This document shows positions 37,474-45,802 of a stretch of DNA of 45,802 bases, one piece after another (the stretch's first letter is position 1; every line of letters starts with the position of its first letter). The stretch is from a virus. Taxonomy: Duplodnaviria > Caudoviricetes. The translations under genes and the position numbers were made by a program. Location of the stretch: IMG/VR virus record IMGVR_UViG_3300030104_004308, positions 1 to 45,802 of that record. One strand, written 5' to 3'. Below the pieces are notes generated by a model. That model searched no databases, had not been told where the DNA came from, and saw only the letters and a program-made list of their open reading frames with translations.

Positions 37474-37791
37474 TTATTTTTTAGCAGTTTTAGCTGATCT
37501 TTTTAAAGCTTTGTCTGTAACAGAACCTTTTCCTGGTTTACTTTTACCAAGTCTTTTAGCTCTGTTCATATAATAGTATAAACCTTTTCTAACTCTACGT
37601 CCATCTTTAGTAGTGTGATAATTACTTGAACCACCTTTTTTAAAGACACCTCTGCCTTTTAAAACGTCAGCTCTAGTTACTTTACCATCACCTGTTAAAT
37701 CAGGAAATGATTTTCTTTGTTTAGCTTTTCCGCCATCTTTCATGAGGGCTCTACCAGATCCTCTCATTTGTATTCCATATTTTCCAGCCAT
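37474..37791 (-). CDS. Small basic protein with an EF-hand-like DLTGDGKVTRAD segment
   Basis: 105 aa, K/R-rich; MKDGG and FKKGG flank FPDLTGDGKVTRADVL. Confidence 0.65.
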   Translation of the reverse strand: MAGKYGIQMRGSGRALMKDGGKAKQRKSFPDLTGDGKVTRADVLKGRGVFKKGGSSNYHTTKDGRRVRKGLYYYMNRAKRLGKSKPGKGSVTDKALKRSAKTAKK

Positions 37792-37886
37792 TATTTTTTT
37801 CCTTTTCTTTTTAACTTGAGCTTTCTCTTATACTCTTGAGTTTTTTTTAAACCTAATGTGGGTTTAACTTTTTTAATTGCTCTCAT
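37791..37886 (-). CDS. Tiny basic protein, 31 aa (absent from ORF track)
   Basis: MRAIKKVKPTLGLKKTQEYKRKLKLKRKGKK; TAATG overlaps at both ends. Confidence 0.7.
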   Translation of the reverse strand: MRAIKKVKPTLGLKKTQEYKRKLKLKRKGKK

Positions 37887-38068
37887 TATTTTCTCCGCAT
37901 TTTTTTAAATGTTTGAGCAAGTCTTGCACGTTGGCCTAACTTACCACCAGCTTTAGCAGCTCTTGCTAAAGTTTTTGCAGGAATCTTTTTACCTTTTTTG
38001 ATTCCTAGAGATTTTCTTAAAGCACCTGGTTTCTTAACTGCTTTTTGAATCCATTTTTTGTCAGCCAT
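37886..38068 (-). CDS. Small basic protein
   Basis: 60 aa; WIQKAVKKPGALRKSLG...RARLAQT. Confidence 0.7.
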   Translation of the reverse strand: MADKKWIQKAVKKPGALRKSLGIKKGKKIPAKTLARAAKAGGKLGQRARLAQTFKKMRRK

Positions 38069-38301
38069 TATCTTTTAGCGACTCCGCCACCTCTAGTAGC
38101 TTTGCCCATAGATTTAACGTGACCGCCTTTTTTCATAGCTTGTCCCATTCCTCTTTTAGCTAATCCACCGCCTCTTTTTAGCTCTCTAACTATTCTTTTC
38201 TTTTCATCCTTAAGATTTCTTTTGCCTTTTCTAGTTCTTGCTTTTTCAGCATCTACTCGGCCAAGTTCCTCAAGTCTGTTCATACGTCTTGTGTTTGCCA
38301 T
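38068..38301 (-). CDS. Small basic protein
   Basis: 77 aa; NRLEELGRVDAE then LKRGG, MKKGG, ATRGG. Confidence 0.65.
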   Translation of the reverse strand: MANTRRMNRLEELGRVDAEKARTRKGKRNLKDEKKRIVRELKRGGGLAKRGMGQAMKKGGHVKSMGKATRGGGVAKR

Positions 38302-38558
38302 TATTTTTTCCTTCTTCCTTTGTCCATAGTTCTTACACTTGCGTAAGCTCTACGTCCCATTGCTTTTTCCATACCTTTAGATTCATCTCTTCTAGCTTTA
38401 AAGCTTTGAGATTTTTTACCTCTTCGGGCACCTAAAGATTCATCAAGTCTATCGTTGTAGCCTTGTCTTTTTCTTTTCTTTACGCTACCACCTTTTTTCT
38501 TTCCTTGTCCGTAAGGGAATCTTGGTGGAGAGTATCTTGTTCCAAAGTCGTTTCTCAT
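38301..38558 (-). CDS. Small basic protein
   Basis: 85 aa; KKKGG, QGYNDRLDESLG, RRDESKGMEK. Confidence 0.65.
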   Translation of the reverse strand: MRNDFGTRYSPPRFPYGQGKKKGGSVKKRKRQGYNDRLDESLGARRGKKSQSFKARRDESKGMEKAMGRRAYASVRTMDKGRRKK

Positions 38559-38944
38559 TTTTTTGCTCCGTTCCTAAATATTTGTGTCCCCTTTATACCA
38601 AATATACTCGCCACGACAAGGATCCACAAGTTTGTAAACCATGACGGTAATGTTGAGAAGTATTCGAAGAATAACTTCACCTTCTCCATTGCTGTAGGGT
38701 CGTCCGATAGAACTGCCCACATCAATACTATAATCGGAGCCGACAGAATAATCAATACAAATTCGTCTTTCCAGTCCGATTGTCTCGCTTCAAGAAGTTT
38801 GCCCTGATAAGCTTCTTCGCCTCGGGCCATCTTTTCTGCGTGCATTAACTGTGCATCCGACATCGCCATTTTAGTTTTCTGACGATTAGAATAAATTTTA
38901 CTTCCAGCTTGCAAAGCAATTTTTGCTAAACTAAACCAAGCCAT
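38555..38944 (-). CDS. Membrane protein, putative holin
   Basis: 129 aa; SDWKDEF followed by two hydrophobic helices; LPSWF...SIFGIK. Confidence 0.55.
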   Translation of the reverse strand: MAWFSLAKIALQAGSKIYSNRQKTKMAMSDAQLMHAEKMARGEEAYQGKLLEARQSDWKDEFVLIILSAPIIVLMWAVLSDDPTAMEKVKLFFEYFSTLPSWFTNLWILVVASIFGIKGTQIFRNGAKK

Positions 38945-38945
38945 A

Positions 38946-39146
38946 TTAGTACCAAGTAGCTTTAACTGGTTTCTTATCGGCTCTCATAGCTTTCGTTCCC
39001 TTAACAGTCACTGTTTGTGATGTTAATGGATCAGTAGCTTCGATAGTTTTACCACCTGTTTGGTAACCATCTTTGCCAACACCTAATTCTTTTGTAATTT
39101 TAGGTGCTTTTACGTAAGCTTGTCCTCTTGTCCAATCTTTACCCAT
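38946..39146 (-). CDS. Hypothetical small protein
   Basis: 66 aa with SD AAGGAG; YQTGG motif. Confidence 0.6.
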   Translation of the reverse strand: MGKDWTRGQAYVKAPKITKELGVGKDGYQTGGKTIEATDPLTSQTVTVKGTKAMRADKKPVKATWY

Positions 39147-39173
39147 TTTTATCTCCTTGTTTGTTAATTATAT

Positions 39174-41648
39174 CTACTTTTTTCCAAAATTTCTACCAAA
39201 ATCGTGAATCTTACTTGCATCAGCCATACCTTGTTTAGCTAATGACACTCCTGCACGTAATTTAGCCAATTGTTCGTTCTGAACTAGCTTATCTTGTTGA
39301 TTTTCTTGGTTCATCATCGCTTTTGCCTTGTCTAGATTCATTCTTTGGTTTTCATTTTTCTTTTTCTGCTCTAAATCAGCAGCTCTTAAGTCAACTTCTC
39401 TAGCTTTTAACTTAATTAGTGGGTCTCCACTAAATTCACCCATGATTTTTTGCTCTTCGTCCATATAATCTTTAGTCATTTCGGCAATTAACACCGCTTT
39501 TCTCGCATTTATCGTTTGAGTTAGTTGAGTTACTTGTTGAATTAACTGTTGATTCTGTGGATTAACTTTTAATGCCTGTCCAAGTTGTTGTGCTTGCATT
39601 AATTCTTGTTGAAATTCTAATTGAATTTGTTCTTGAGCCATTAAACTTATTCTCTCAAGTATATTTTTCTGTAATGCACCCATAACCATAGGTGAATTTT
39701 GTATCATATTAGATTTCATAAAGTTTAAGTGTGCATCAATGTGTGCTTTATGGTCTTGACCAGGAAAAGCTTGGAAAGGTTTACCAGCCATCGCTGCAAT
39801 TTCTTCCATACTTGGATCAATTGGAGTTGGTTGTACTGGTGGTGGTAAAATAGCATTTACATTTTTAACACCAATCGCATTGTACATAGATCTGTATGCT
39901 TGATAAAGATCATGAACTTCTGGATTTGATTGAGCTAGTTGTAATTGTATTTGAGCTAAATTAATTCTTTGTGTTTGTGAGAATATATTTGGATCAGCTA
40001 CAGGAACAATATCTATTCTGTCATCAAAATCTTTTACTTTAATATTTCTTGTAGCACCAGGAACATCATAAGGATATTCAGCTGGTAAGTAAGTTTTAAA
40101 AACTTGTGATAATAATTTAAATTCTTCTTTTAAACCTACGTATAATCTTTTGTGTATAGCTGACATTACCCGCGATCCACGTTCCAATAACGCCACTGTA
40201 GTACCCACGGCTGCTTGTTGGTTCATATCTCCCACTTGTGCATCAGCGATGGACGCGAAGCGTTGACCTGCTTGAACTACAATCCCCATTAATTGTAATA
40301 AAGTCTGATCAGGACCTTTAAATGGTAATTGCATAAATTGATCTTTAATATTTCCGCCAGGTGCATCTACATCTCTAAATTCACCAGGTTGTAATGGCTG
40401 TGCATCATCTCTAATTCTTATACCTCTAGTTTTAAAACCAGCTGGTAAGTTAGCTAGAGTACCTGCATCTAATAACTGTCTTAATGCAGCTGTTGCAGTT
40501 CTAGATAAACCACCAATCATGTGAATTAAACCAAAACCATAGAATCCTGTGCCCGGTAAAAATTTAAATTGTACAAAATATTCTTTTTTCTTTTTTAATG
40601 GATCATTAGGTTCATAGTTTCTTCTAATAGATAAAACTTTTTGAGAAGACTCATCAATTGTAATAATGTAAGGTAATTTAATTCCTGTTGGCTCATTATT
40701 TTCATCAACATCAGGATAATCTTCTAAATCTAAATTAGTATGTATCTCTAACAGAGTATACATGTTATCGTTTTGCTGATCGTTTCTTGTAACGCCTTCT
40801 AATTCTAATTGTTTAGTTTTAATTTCACTTTCGTTAATTGGAGGTTGTCCTAATTCTACATCTCTATAAAAACCACCCACTTGTTGTTTTCTTAAGTCGT
40901 TTTCAGAAATTCTAATTACATGTATTACTGAATCTGCATCATCTAAACTATTTGCAGTGTATGGCACAATTAAATCTTCTGCTTGTACAAATTTGGATAC
41001 GGCTCTACCTAAAAGATCGTCATAATAAACTTTCTTAAAAGTAGAACCGGTTAGGGGTAGATAGAAAAGCATTTGATCAAACTCTGGTTCATATTCTTTC
41101 ATCTGATCCATAAGTTGATAGTTCATAAAATCTTTTACTCTATTCGCTTGGTCTTGTTTTTCGTTTGTAACATCACCTAAAATTTGTGCACGCACAGGAC
41201 CATCTGCCGGTAATAATTCTTTGTAAGCTTGTGCTTGGAATTGTGTAACCGCTTCAGCAAGTACAGGGTGAGTAACACCTGATGCACCTTTGAATGGTTC
41301 TGTTCTTCTCTCGTATTTGAAACCTAATAAATTTAAACCTTCTCTATAAGAGTCTGCCCAGTCAGCTCTTGATTCTTTGTATTCTGTGTAATTATCATAA
41401 AGAGAAGTTCCAATCTCATCTAATGATTCATCACCCATAAGTTCAGCAAGGTTATCAAAATGTCCTTTTGATTCTAAAGCTTCTGCTCTTGGATCAAAAG
41501 AAATTTCAGCACCACCTTCGTCATCCATAGTGATTTCTGTTTCTGCTTTTGTAATTACTTCTTCTGTGCCCGGAACGCCTACTTCGACTTCTTTTGTTTT
41601 ATCTTCGATGTCTACGTTGGGTAATGATTTATCTACGCTATCTACCAT
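39174..41648 (-). CDS. Portal protein
   Basis: 824 aa; PF.GASGVTHP.L.EAVTQFQA, DQMLFYLPL.GS.FKKVY, RQLLDAGTL.NLP.GFK, VGTT.ALLE; long C-terminal coiled coil (P22-type). Confidence 0.9.
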   Translation of the reverse strand: MVDSVDKSLPNVDIEDKTKEVEVGVPGTEEVITKAETEITMDDEGGAEISFDPRAEALESKGHFDNLAELMGDESLDEIGTSLYDNYTEYKESRADWADSYREGLNLLGFKYERRTEPFKGASGVTHPVLAEAVTQFQAQAYKELLPADGPVRAQILGDVTNEKQDQANRVKDFMNYQLMDQMKEYEPEFDQMLFYLPLTGSTFKKVYYDDLLGRAVSKFVQAEDLIVPYTANSLDDADSVIHVIRISENDLRKQQVGGFYRDVELGQPPINESEIKTKQLELEGVTRNDQQNDNMYTLLEIHTNLDLEDYPDVDENNEPTGIKLPYIITIDESSQKVLSIRRNYEPNDPLKKKKEYFVQFKFLPGTGFYGFGLIHMIGGLSRTATAALRQLLDAGTLANLPAGFKTRGIRIRDDAQPLQPGEFRDVDAPGGNIKDQFMQLPFKGPDQTLLQLMGIVVQAGQRFASIADAQVGDMNQQAAVGTTVALLERGSRVMSAIHKRLYVGLKEEFKLLSQVFKTYLPAEYPYDVPGATRNIKVKDFDDRIDIVPVADPNIFSQTQRINLAQIQLQLAQSNPEVHDLYQAYRSMYNAIGVKNVNAILPPPVQPTPIDPSMEEIAAMAGKPFQAFPGQDHKAHIDAHLNFMKSNMIQNSPMVMGALQKNILERISLMAQEQIQLEFQQELMQAQQLGQALKVNPQNQQLIQQVTQLTQTINARKAVLIAEMTKDYMDEEQKIMGEFSGDPLIKLKAREVDLRAADLEQKKKNENQRMNLDKAKAMMNQENQQDKLVQNEQLAKLRAGVSLAKQGMADASKIHDFGRNFGKK

Positions 41649-41664
41649 ATCTCTTTCCTGTTAA

Positions 41665-43614
41665 TTATATTACACCTTTAAGTGAATTTATACCGTACAT
41701 ATTAGGGTATGTAAAGCCTGAACGTCTTGATCTTTCTAAAGCTCTTTTTTGCTCTTCAGCTTCTCTTTGTTTTCTAACCCTTTCTTTTACAGCTTCAATA
41801 TCAACAGCTTCTATGCCTTCTCGTGTTGGTGTATAAAAATCTGTATCTAACATCGACTCATCACCTGCTATTTGTTGTTCCGATACAGCTTGTCTTTCAA
41901 GATCGCTCATTTTTAAAAGATCTTGTGCTTCTGCAACTCGACCTGACAATAAAAAAGGTGATGCTAAAATTTCAGCTGTTGTTTTACCTTGTTTTCTCAT
42001 GTTAATCATATTGGCTACTTCAAGAGGTATTGCTGCTATACCTAAAGCTTTGCCTCCAATCTTTGCAATATTTTTAATAGCGCTTGCTGTTTTACCTAAT
42101 CTTCCTGAACCAAGTTGAGTGCTTGAAGCATCAATAGTTAAATCACCTGCAAAAGGATTAGATAATCCAGGAAATAATTCTTTAAACATCGCGGGATCCA
42201 GAGGAATTCCTCCGTAAAATCTTGTGCCTGTTGTTGAAGCTTGCTTTAAAGCTTTTAATACTTCAGGGGGCATTCTTTTGCCTTGAGATTTATATAGATC
42301 TTTTATTTTAGTAATTGTATCAACATCTTTACCATAAATTTTTTTTCCAGGAGCCGTAAGCACGTTAGGATCAGATTTTCTAACAAAGGTTTCGAATACT
42401 TTTCTTTTTTCACCAAATGTCTTTGCTTTTTTTATATCTGGTATTACAGCTTCTCTCGGTCTAAACTCGTTAAAATTTTTATCATAAGCTAAAAGTTGAG
42501 TTACAAAAGGATTTCTCTTTATTCCAAAAGGATGATGAACTTGCATAGAAGTATGAAAAGGATTTCCCGCATTATAATTAGGAATTAAAGTTTTATTTAA
42601 GTGTTGATTTAAATTAACATTTTTTCCTTTGTAGTCAAAAAAAGTTTCGTTTAATAAAAATTTTTCTTTAAAAGGAGTTAATACTTTTTCATAAGCACCT
42701 TTACCAATATTTTTATTTATATAGTTTTGTAAATTATTATAACCAAAAGTTTTTCCAGTTTGAGTATCATAAAATTTAACGTTTTTAACATTTGCCCCTT
42801 TAAATTTTTTAGGGACTGTTTTTTTTACTAATTGTAATCTTGAAGGTCCTTTTCCTTGAGTGCTAGTGTACAAGCTTTTCCAAAATCTATCTTTAGCATT
42901 ATTGCCTGAAGCCCACACTCCATATTTATTTTCAAAAGCTTCTCTTGCTGCTTTATTACGCAATCTTCTTGTTTTTCTAGCTTTAGGTGTTCGTTCATAT
43001 TCTCTTTTCTTTGCTAAATATTCTTTACTTCTATAAAAACCAGCGTCAGCTTTTTTCTTTCTGGCTGCAGCTTGAGTGGCTTTGTAACGTAGATCTTCTA
43101 AACTTAATTTTCCTTGATTATATAATTTAACAGATTTCTTTCCTTCTTTAGTTCTATTTAAAACTTTTTTTATTTCTCCCACTTTTCTAGGGACCATAGC
43201 TTTGGGTAGTTGTTTAGAAATTCCTGCAGATTCATTATATAAACCAACTGCTTGTCTATTTAATTTTCCGCCATATTCAGTAACATACTTATCTTTAATA
43301 ACTTCTCTTATAAATTCGCTATCAGTTAAATTTTTATTTTTAAGTCTTAAAGTTTTAAATTCTTCTACTGATAAACCTATTTTGCCTTTTGGTATTTTTA
43401 ATTTTTTATAAGCTTCTGCCGCTTGCTTTTCGGTTTTATACAAACCAACAGTCTTTCCATTTTTAACAACTTCATAAGGTTTAGCTCTATTACGTGAAGG
43501 TCGATATCTTACTCCTGGTGGGTATTTTCCATATAGCTCTGTTCCTTTCTCTACAAGGCCACCAACTTTATAACCCGGTCTTATTCTTTCAAGTATAGAT
43601 GTAAATTCTGACAT
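41665..43614 (-). CDS. Large basic orphan protein with AP2-like and HNH-like segments
   Basis: 649 aa; YKVGG near N-terminus; GVRY...NGKTVGLYKTEKQAAEAY; QVHHPFG...NPF...N. Confidence 0.5.
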   Translation of the reverse strand: MSEFTSILERIRPGYKVGGLVEKGTELYGKYPPGVRYRPSRNRAKPYEVVKNGKTVGLYKTEKQAAEAYKKLKIPKGKIGLSVEEFKTLRLKNKNLTDSEFIREVIKDKYVTEYGGKLNRQAVGLYNESAGISKQLPKAMVPRKVGEIKKVLNRTKEGKKSVKLYNQGKLSLEDLRYKATQAAARKKKADAGFYRSKEYLAKKREYERTPKARKTRRLRNKAAREAFENKYGVWASGNNAKDRFWKSLYTSTQGKGPSRLQLVKKTVPKKFKGANVKNVKFYDTQTGKTFGYNNLQNYINKNIGKGAYEKVLTPFKEKFLLNETFFDYKGKNVNLNQHLNKTLIPNYNAGNPFHTSMQVHHPFGIKRNPFVTQLLAYDKNFNEFRPREAVIPDIKKAKTFGEKRKVFETFVRKSDPNVLTAPGKKIYGKDVDTITKIKDLYKSQGKRMPPEVLKALKQASTTGTRFYGGIPLDPAMFKELFPGLSNPFAGDLTIDASSTQLGSGRLGKTASAIKNIAKIGGKALGIAAIPLEVANMINMRKQGKTTAEILASPFLLSGRVAEAQDLLKMSDLERQAVSEQQIAGDESMLDTDFYTPTREGIEAVDIEAVKERVRKQREAEEQKRALERSRRSGFTYPNMYGINSLKGVI

Positions 43615-44732
43615 TATGAATAATCACTAAATGTTGATGGGTCATTGACTGATGAACCAAATGTTCCTTGAGTTGTTTCACCAGGTCCACCACTCATAGA
43701 CTCTGCATCTCTTATCTGTCTTAATGCATTTAATCTATCAAACTCACGTTGTGCTGCATCTTGTTCTTCTTGTATTCTTTTATTTCTTTGATCTTCCATA
43801 AAGTCATCAAATCTATTTTTAGCAGCAACACCTTTATCTCTTACAAATTTAAAAGCATTTAAAGCTGGAGACATTGATAACAATGTTTGAAGAATGCCTT
43901 TGTCTTCATTAGCTGCTTCATATTCATAATCAAAAACATCTTTACTTAATCCTGTTGGATTAATTCCATAAGCTTCTGTTTCATAATCAAAATTTTTATT
44001 TCTATTTACATTAGTTATACCTGATCCACCATCACCTTCTTGTCCTGGTATAATAATTGGTTTTATAACAGGAGGAACAACAGGAGCAGCTGCTACTCTT
44101 GTAGGTTGTACTTGATTTTGTAAAAGAGAACTAACGGTTTGAGGTTGAGTTGTTCCCACACCAAACAAATCTTCGTATTGTTGTTGAGTATATCTATCTT
44201 GTAAAGTTGGGTTAGATAGATAAGTACCTATCACGTTTGATATTCCTCCACCTGTATTAAAATTAACTCTGCCACCATAAGCTTTTTTAGTTGGATCATC
44301 TTTGTTTCTTTTTTTAAAATTTCTAATAGCTTCTCTGTTTTGTCTTGTTAATTTTTTATATAATTCTCTTGTAGATTCTTGCATAACTAATTTAGGATCA
44401 ACAGCTTCTTTTACTTTTGTAGTTTTAGGAGCTTGTCCTATCTTAACATCTTTACCTTTACCTTGTTTCATTAGCATATTCATAATGCCTTCAGGTGACA
44501 TCTTTGATGTCTTACCTTTTACAGTTACAGGTATAGTACCTTCTGGTTTTGTAGGTCTGGGTTTGAAAGGATTTGTAATTCTATCTTTTGGAAATTGAAT
44601 AACTTTTTTAGAATCAATAACTTTCTGTCTTGCTTTTTGTTGTAGCTTTAAAAGATCAAGTCCTTTAGGCAAAACTCCTCGAGCTGCCTTGTATGCTTTG
44701 ATCATTAAATTTAAAACTTGTAAATAACCCAT
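43614..44732 (-). CDS. Orphan protein, basic N-half and acidic C-half joined by tandem GG motifs
   Basis: 372 aa; KAYGGRVNFNTGG; TAATG coupling on both sides. Confidence 0.55.
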   Translation of the reverse strand: MGYLQVLNLMIKAYKAARGVLPKGLDLLKLQQKARQKVIDSKKVIQFPKDRITNPFKPRPTKPEGTIPVTVKGKTSKMSPEGIMNMLMKQGKGKDVKIGQAPKTTKVKEAVDPKLVMQESTRELYKKLTRQNREAIRNFKKRNKDDPTKKAYGGRVNFNTGGGISNVIGTYLSNPTLQDRYTQQQYEDLFGVGTTQPQTVSSLLQNQVQPTRVAAAPVVPPVIKPIIIPGQEGDGGSGITNVNRNKNFDYETEAYGINPTGLSKDVFDYEYEAANEDKGILQTLLSMSPALNAFKFVRDKGVAAKNRFDDFMEDQRNKRIQEEQDAAQREFDRLNALRQIRDAESMSGGPGETTQGTFGSSVNDPSTFSDYS

Positions 44733-45802
44733 TAATAATATTCCCGTTGTACCCGAGGCCTAGATTGATCTTTTTCATCTTCAGGGTGTGTAATAAATCC
44801 TCCCTGTCTAAATCTCATAACTGCTTGTGTTGTACTGTCGACCAAATCGTCGTTATCTCCATACGGAAATGCAGCACACTCTTCTACCACTTCTTCAGCA
44901 AATTTTGTATCAGGCGCCCAAATCATCCCTGCCTCAAAAATCGGGGATACGGCGTTTACTCTAGCATGTTTGTCGTTTCCTTTACTAGGTGTGTAATTTA
45001 TAACAGGAATACCCATCTTACGCAATTCATAAGTTAAGGGTAATCCAGATGCTTTACTTTCCACGATCACCGTTTCGGGATTCCAATATCGATACTGTTC
45101 AAGGGCTGCTTTACGCAGTTCGGGGAACTCTAATCGTTCTTTTAAGGCATCAAGTAAGATTAAGTGAGGTTGACTATCAGGATCTGGAATAAATACACCC
45201 CACGTCGTAATAGCAGAAAAGTCAGCAGTTTCTTTTTTTAAAAAGGCCGTATCATAAGATTGTATGACATGTTGTAATGGCGGTATATAATCCTTATCCC
45301 AAACTTTCCACCACTCACGTTTGATCAGCGATCCTTCTTCCGCTGTTGGATTCTGCATCCATTGTGCGTTCCATTTAGGAACAGATAAAGATGCTTTTAC
45401 AGATTCTAATTCTTCTAGTTTCCAGTAACCAGGCCAAACAGGATTACCTGATGGTAGTATTGCAGGAAACTCAATAACTTCCCACTGATCTGATTTTAAT
45501 TCTTTTTGTGATTTCATTAATGCACCGGTTAGATCTTTCATAGACCATCTTGTCATTACCACCACAATCGCTCCGCCTGGTTGTAGACGTTGTCTTGGAC
45601 CAGAAGTATACCAGTCATAAGCACGTTCTAATGCAGTCATATTAAGTGCATCTTGTTCAGAGTGTGGGTCATCGATAATAAGTAAGTCCGCACCACGGCC
45701 CGTGATTGCCGATCCAACACCGGCTGCGTAGTATTCACCGCCTTGTTCGGTTTCCCATTTACCTGCTGCTTGCGAATCTTCTTTGAGTCTAGTTCTAAAT
45801 AT
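44732..45802 (-). CDS. terL: Terminase large subunit (5' end outside window)
   Basis: Frame open to the window edge: AGVGSAITGRGADLLIIDDP (Walker B), MTRW, QSYDTA, VESKASG, DDLVDSTTQA nuclease motifs. Confidence 0.95.
   Translation of the reverse strand: MFRTRLKEDSQAAGKWETEQGGEYYAAGVGSAITGRGADLLIIDDPHSEQDALNMTALERAYDWYTSGPRQRLQPGGAIVVVMTRWSMKDLTGALMKSQKELKSDQWEVIEFPAILPSGNPVWPGYWKLEELESVKASLSVPKWNAQWMQNPTAEEGSLIKREWWKVWDKDYIPPLQHVIQSYDTAFLKKETADFSAITTWGVFIPDPDSQPHLILLDALKERLEFPELRKAALEQYRYWNPETVIVESKASGLPLTYELRKMGIPVINYTPSKGNDKHARVNAVSPIFEAGMIWAPDTKFAEEVVEECAAFPYGDNDDLVDSTTQAVMRFRQGGFITHPEDEKDQSRPRVQREYY

Noticed and set aside
1649-39176. Genome-wide amber (TAG) recoding
   Set aside because: Long genes are intact under the standard code, and several TAG stops (17169, 29128) are followed by out-of-frame genes.
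392-45037. Numerous + strand ORFs in the track antisense to long minus-strand genes (e.g. 8160-9035, 11899-12252, 15930-18816, 24390-24812, 33900-34841)
   Set aside because: Fully overlap well-supported genes, start mostly at alternative codons and have no recognisable motifs; shadow ORFs.
1-45802. tRNA, rRNA, CRISPR array, integrase or IS elements
   Set aside because: Intergenic gaps are short; no cloverleaf, regular repeat-spacer pattern or recombinase/transposase motifs were seen by eye.

Overview
A 45.8-kb, AT-rich (roughly one-third GC by eye) stretch of a tailed dsDNA bacteriophage genome. Its organisation resembles marine pelagiphage/uvMED-type podoviruses; the host is inferred, not shown. 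Almost everything is on the minus strand. Reading right to left: terminase large subunit (5'-truncated), two orphan genes, portal, a holin-like gene, six tiny Lys/Arg-rich proteins, GroES, scaffold, major capsid protein, adaptor/tail genes, three tandem paralogous three-gene fibre/lectin cassettes, tail stabilisation protein, four putative internal/ejection proteins, an M15 peptidase endolysin and an AdoMetDC-like decarboxylase. A divergent replication block follows (SNF2 helicase on +; SSB-like and AEP primase on -). Best leads: (1) a hydrophobic-x-x-Gly-Gly peptide motif punctuating the internal, orphan and basic proteins, with a candidate reader/processing domain, suggesting a polyprotein/cargo-tagging system; (2) an oriented GC-rich intragenic DNA 13-mer, CGATCCNCGTTCC, repeated in unrelated genes and different frames; (3) a promoter-driven, possibly doubly pseudoknotted leader RNA that could occlude a Shine-Dalgarno site; (4) in-frame amber junctions and GC-rich homology blocks in all three fibre cassettes. 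All family assignments are from motif recognition by eye; no searches were run.
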